From Phyllobates terribilis (lineage: Eukaryota), in NCBI RefSeq assembly GCF_046119375.1, contig NW_027362797.1:12400001-12464000 (forward strand): DNA of 64,000 bases, read 5' to 3'. The notes beneath the pieces were generated by a model. That model saw only the letters and a list, made by a program, of their open reading frames with translations, had not been told where the DNA came from and did not search any database. The stretch's first letter is position 1. Each line of letters begins with the position of its first letter. Positions 59,765 through 64,000 of this stretch are shown here, in pieces. The translations under genes were made by a program, and so were the position numbers.

Positions 59765-62700
59765 TTAGATCCTCCAACGTACGGGTAACTGGCCTCTAGT
59801 GGCTCTAGTGGACCTACGGAGCTGACTGACTGGTCCTGAGCTACCAGGTGTAGGAGCTGTCAAAGGTAAACTGGGCAGCTGTCTACGGGCTCTTTGGCTC
59901 ACTAGGGGTACGGCAGGCTCACTATAAGCAGAGGGTTGATCCTCCTGGTCTGCTTGTGTGGGGTCTTCTGCCTCCTGGACCGGCTGCTCTTCCAGCTCTG
60001 CCTGTTTCTCCATAGGTACTTGAGATGCTGGTTGGAGGAAGGTGAGGACGGGTACCACAACTGCGCCATTGACTTGAGTCCAAGACCGAGGGAAGTCTCC
60101 GAGCACAGTACTAACCATATCTTCCCTTTCCTCTGCGGGTCGAGGGTCTTCTTGTTCTTCTTCAGGGCTTCGTAGCTGTTCGGGACACTTCTTCAGGTGA
60201 TCTCGGGAGACAATGGCTGTGGTTTCTCCTCCATCCTTACTGATTATGCAGACTTTCGGGTTCTCATGGCTTGAGGGCAGTACGGTGTACGGGTCCTTCT
60301 CCCACTGGTCGTCCAACTTGTGGAGGCGTCTCTTCCTCTTCAAGACCTGCTCTCCAGGTACCAGGGGAACAGCGGGAGCATACTGGTTGTAAGTCTTCTC
60401 CTGTCTTTCTCTAGCTTGACAGAGACTTCGCTCCACGCTCTCCTGTACTTTCCGGTACTGCTGCTGCCTTTCTGTGTCCCAGTCTGCTTCTGGTGAAGTG
60501 TCCTCGGGTGTCAGGACTCCCATCTCCAGATCAACAGGAAGCTTACCAGGTCTTGCTCTCATTAGGTAAGCCGGGGTACAGTTGGTTGAACCTACCGGGA
60601 TGTGGTTGTATAGGTCCACCAGATCAGGCAGTTTCTCAGGCCACAGACTGCGTTCCTCCAGGGGCAATGTTTTCAGAAGATCTATCACCACCTGGTTCAT
60701 TTTCTCGCAGAGCCCATTGGTTTGCGGATGATAGGGTGTTGTTCTTATCTTCCGGCAGCCATACAGAGTACAGAACTCCTGGAAGACTTCCGCTTCAAAG
60801 GCAGGTCCCTGGTCCGTCAGCACCTGCTCCGGGTATCCATGTGGACGGCAGAAGTGCTGCTGGAAGGCTCTAGCTGCTGTTTGAGCCGTTAAGTCCTTGA
60901 CCGGGACCACCACCAGGAACCGGGAGTAATGATCTACGATTGTGAGGGCGTAGACATACCCAGATCTGCTTGGAGCCAGTTTCACATGGTCCAGGGCTAC
61001 CAGTTCCAGTGGCTGTCGGGTGATGATGGGCTGCAAGGGAGTCTTCTGGCTGGCACGGTCCTTCCTTCTTAGGTGGCACGGTCCACAGTCTCTGCACCAC
61101 CTCTCGATGGTTCCCCTCATGCCTACCCAGTGGAACCGCCCGCGCAGCAGGAACTCCAGCTTCTTCCACCCGAAGTGCCCAGCTCCGTCGTGGTATGCCT
61201 CCAGTACCATAGCCGCGTCTCTTCTTGGCACCACTACTTGCCAGATCAGTTCATGCGTCCGGGAGTTAACCATTCTGCGGCACAACTTCCCCTTGTAAAG
61301 GAACAGTCGACTCTTCTCAATCCACAGTTGCTTGGCCTCCTCCGGAGCGTCTGGGTCAAGGCGGGCATCTGGCTGAGTCAGCATCTCCTTCACCAGTCGG
61401 ACGGCGGGGTCACTGTCTTGCGTTTCCGCCCAGTTGTAATGAGGTAAGGGGTTGAACGTAGCGGATTGCTTACTCCTTACACGGTGGGAATACTGGATAG
61501 TCCCATGCCGGTGGAACGCGGGAAGTTCAACCTCCTCCAGTTCCTCTGGATCTTCCCCCACGTCCGGTAGGTTTGGCATTCTGGAAAAGGCATCCGCGTT
61601 GGTATTGGAGCGTCCTGCCCGGTATTTGATTGTGAACTCAAAGTTGGACAGGCGGGCCATCCATCTCTGCTCCAGGGCACCGAGTCTTGCTGTGTCCAGG
61701 TGTGTCAACGGGTTGTTATCCGTGTACACGGTGAACCGGGAAGAGGCGAGGTTGTGCTTAAAGCGTTCGGTGACTGCCCACACCACTGCCAGGAACTCTA
61801 GCTTGAATGAGCTGTAATTCTCAGGGTTTCTTTCGGTGGGTCGCAGTTTTTGGCTGGCGTAAGCAATTACTCGTTCTTTCCCCTGCTGGATCTGGGACAG
61901 TACGGCTCCTAGCCCGATGTTACTTGCGTCGGTGTAGAGGATAAAGGGCTGGCTGTAATCCGGGTACGCCAGGATTTCATCCCCCGTGAGGGCCGTCTTC
62001 AGCTGGCGGAAGGACTCTTCTTCCAGCTTCTCCCATCTGAAGGGCGGCTTCTGGTTCTTGGCCTTCCTGGACTGGCCTATCAGGAGGTCCTGCATAGGAG
62101 CTGCCTTTTTGGTGAAACCGGGAATGAATCTTCGGTAGTAGCCTACCAACCCGAGGAACTGCCGCACTTCCTTTACGCTGGAGGGGCTTGGCCATTCCTT
62201 AATTGCGGTGATCTTATCAGGGTCGGGAGCCACTCCGTCAGCACTCACCACGTGTCCCAGGTACTGCACCTTTGGTTTCAGGAGGTGACACTTGGAGGGT
62301 TTCACCTTTAGGCCGTAGTTTGCCAGGGCTTCGAACACTTCTGCCAGGTGTTTCAGGTGGTCCTCGTAGGTCTTGGAGTAGACGATGACATCGTCCAGGT
62401 ATAACAGGACCGTCTCGAAGTTTCGGTGTCCCAGACAGCATTCCATCAATCGTTGGAAGGTTCCTGGTGCGTTGCAGAGTCCAAACGGCATGCAGGTAAA
62501 CTCGCTAAGTCCCATCGGGGTGGTGAATGCGGTCTTCTCCCGGTCCGCCTCTGCTACAGGAACCTGCCAGTACCCGCTAGTGAGATCCAAAGTGGAGAAG
62601 AAGTTAGCAGATTTTAAAGCAGCCAAAGACTCCTCTATCCTTGGTAAGGGGTACGCATCTTTGTGTGTGATACGGTTGATTTTCCGGTAATCTACACACA

Positions 62701-63901
62701 TTCTCATGGTGTTGTCTTTCTTTTTAACTAAGACTAGTGGAGCTGCCCAGGGGCTACAGCTATTCCTGATTACCCCAGCCTCCTTCATGTCTCTAAGCAT
62801 CCCCTTGGCGTGTTGGTAGTGTGCAGGGGGTACGGGTCGGTATCTCTCCTTTATGGGAGGATGGTCTCCCGTGGGGATGTGGTGTTCTACCCCCTTTACT
62901 CGCCCGAAGTCTAACGGGTGTTTACTAAACACTCTCTCGTACTCTTGAACCACCCGATAGACTCCCTGTTTCTGGTGTGAGGGAGTGGAGTCAGTACCCA
63001 AATGTAGTTGCTGACACCAGTCCTCTATTGTTTTCTTAGAGCCGTTACCTTCCTCTGGTTGAGATGGAGGCAAGGGTTCCACGGCCTGTACAGAATTCTG
63101 GTTTATGGTGAACAATTTAGCTAGCGTGGCATACTGGGGCAGGTGTACTTCTCTCTTCCCGATGTTTATTATGCGAACGGGCACCCTCCCATGGCGTACA
63201 TCAACCACCCCCCGTGCTGTCAAAATGGTGGGCCTACTGTGTGAGTAGACGGGTTCTACCATTGCTTGGTAGTCTCTACCTCTTAGACCAATAGCTGCCC
63301 GGCACCAAATCATCATTTCACTTTTTGGGGGCATGGCAATAGGGAAAGGGTCACACATTCTCACGCTTCCAATCTCACCACCGGAGAGTTCCACCTGTTG
63401 CCGCCGCATCAGTGCCCGGATCTCTTTTTGGAGCACTCGCTGCTGGCCGGAGCTGGCGTTCTTGGCAACCTGCTGTAAAATGAAAATCACGTCTGCAAGA
63501 CAATTTTCAATCACATTAGTTCCTAGCGTTATCTTTGGGTGACTCTCGCGCTTGTCAATGTCTACAATGATCAGTCCCTGTGCTGCCAGTTCGACTCTAC
63601 CGACTTTAATGGTCATCTCTTTGAATCCGATCTGTGGCACGGGTTGACCATTGCTGGCGATGATACTCAAGTCGTCGTCAGGGTAGCGGGTTATATCCGA
63701 GTCATTCCAGTACTGCTTGAAGAGCACGTACGGGATGGTGGTGACCTGTGACCCGGTGTCAAGTAGGGCACTCATAGGAATGCCATCCAGTACCACAGGC
63801 AAGACTGGACGTCCTCCCACATATTTGTCACGCCAGTTCGATGGGCCTGGTGATCTTATTCCTAGGGGTCGGCCCTCTACCCCAGGTTGTGCCAGTTTAA
63901 A
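59765..63901 (-). CDS. Gypsy B Pol polyprotein (protease, RT, RNase H, integrase), predicted to be entered by -1 frameshift
   Basis: 1351-aa uninterrupted ORF, open back to the slippery site at 63901. Motifs LDTGSQVT, YLDD, DASNIGLGAVL, HHCC (HDGAGH...CRDCGPC) and the D-D(35)-E core (VDHY, TDQG, GLCEKMN). Confidence 0.95.
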   Translation of the reverse strand, partial: FKLAQPGVEGRPLGIRSPGPSNWRDKYVGGRPVLPVVLDGIPMSALLDTGSQVTTIPYVLFKQYWNDSDITRYPDDDLSIIASNGQPVPQIGFKEMTIKVGRVELAAQGLIIVDIDKRESHPKITLGTNVIENCLADVIFILQQVAKNASSGQQRVLQKEIRALMRRQQVELSGGEIGSVRMCDPFPIAMPPKSEMMIWCRAAIGLRGRDYQAMVEPVYSHSRPTILTARGVVDVRHGRVPVRIINIGKREVHLPQYATLAKLFTINQNSVQAVEPLPPSQPEEGNGSKKTIEDWCQQLHLGTDSTPSHQKQGVYRVVQEYERVFSKHPLDFGRVKGVEHHIPTGDHPPIKERYRPVPPAHYQHAKGMLRDMKEAGVIRNSCSPWAAPLVLVKKKDNTMRMCVDYRKINRITHKDAYPLPRIEESLAALKSANFFSTLDLTSGYWQVPVAEADREKTAFTTPMGLSEFTCMPFGLCNAPGTFQRLMECCLGHRNFETVLLYLDDVIVYSKTYEDHLKHLAEVFEALANYGLKVKPSKCHLLKPKVQYLGHVVSADGVAPDPDKITAIKEWPSPSSVKEVRQFLGLVGYYRRFIPGFTKKAAPMQDLLIGQSRKAKNQKPPFRWEKLEEESFRQLKTALTGDEILAYPDYSQPFILYTDASNIGLGAVLSQIQQGKERVIAYASQKLRPTERNPENYSSFKLEFLAVVWAVTERFKHNLASSRFTVYTDNNPLTHLDTARLGALEQRWMARLSNFEFTIKYRAGRSNTNADAFSRMPNLPDVGEDPEELEEVELPAFHRHGTIQYSHRVRSKQSATFNPLPHYNWAETQDSDPAVRLVKEMLTQPDARLDPDAPEEAKQLWIEKSRLFLYKGKLCRRMVNSRTHELIWQVVVPRRDAAMVLEAYHDGAGHFGWKKLEFLLRGRFHWVGMRGTIERWCRDCGPCHLRRKDRASQKTPLQPIITRQPLELVALDHVKLAPSRSGYVYALTIVDHYSRFLVVVPVKDLTAQTAARAFQQHFCRPHGYPEQVLTDQGPAFEAEVFQEFCTLYGCRKIRTTPYHPQTNGLCEKMNQVVIDLLKTLPLEERSLWPEKLPDLVDLYNHIPVGSTNCTPAYLMRARPGKLPVDLEMGVLTPEDTSPEADWDTERQQQYRKVQESVERSLCQARERQEKTYNQYAPAVPLVPGEQVLKRKRRLHKLDDQWEKDPYTVLPSSHENPKVCIISKDGGETTAIVSRDHLKKCPEQLRSPEEEQEDPRPAEEREDMVSTVLGDFPRSWTQVNGAVVVPVLTFLQPASQVPMEKQAELEEQPVQEAEDPTQADQEDQPSAYSEPAVPLVSQRARRQLPSLPLTAPTPGSSGPVSQLRRSTRATRGQLPVRWRI

Positions 63902-64000
63902 GGACAGTACCTTGCCATATGTCCGGGTTGATTGCAGCGGCGGCAGATGGGTTGTCCGTCCTCGTTGTATCGGTCGCTGGGTCTTCCTCTGGCCGGTGGG
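63877..64000 (-). CDS. Gypsy B Gag C-terminus with CCHC zinc knuckle (partial)
   Basis: ...RYNEDGQPICRRCNQPGHMARYCPLNWHNLG*, a CX2CX4HX4C knuckle; stop at 63879-63877. Confidence 0.9.
   Translation of the reverse strand, partial: PPARGRPSDRYNEDGQPICRRCNQPGHMARYCPLNWHNLG

Larger units (their letters stand above)
58383..64000 (-). mobile_element. Ty3/Gypsy retrotransposon (Gypsy B) with intact pol; 5' part beyond the window
   Basis: 3' LTR 58383-59402 (TGTAGCACCCC...GGGGCGCGTCA on the - strand), PPT actaggggggaa at 59403-59414, open pol, and the gag C-terminus at the window edge. Confidence 0.96.

Overview
This is vertebrate genomic DNA, most likely a frog (inferred from the transposon families and the gene type). 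One apparently intact host gene is present: a 16-exon MAST-family AGC Ser/Thr kinase on the + strand (15346-24250, 650 aa). All its introns are GT-AG, and it lacks the PDZ domain and long C-terminus of canonical MAST1-4. Everything else is nested mobile DNA: a near-full-length CR1 LINE and an endonuclease-deleted L1 inside a decayed hAT transposon; an internally deleted epsilon-like endogenous retrovirus (tRNA-His PBS, in-frame integrase-env fusion); a second hAT transposase pseudogene; a decayed Ty3/Gypsy element carrying two solo LTRs and a non-autonomous hAT; a Gypsy element with an intact pol ORF that runs off the right edge; further solo LTRs, MITEs, a V-SINE, Tc1 fragments and many minisatellites. 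The most unusual signals are three. (1) All seven related Gypsy LTR copies carry a second, internal tRNA-Ser PBS-like site 140-180 nt before their 3' end, in four copies preceded by a cryptic LTR end. (2) Both Gypsy elements share a UUUAAAC -1 frameshift site followed by a predicted H-type pseudoknot. (3) The PDZ-less, divergent MAST-like kinase itself.
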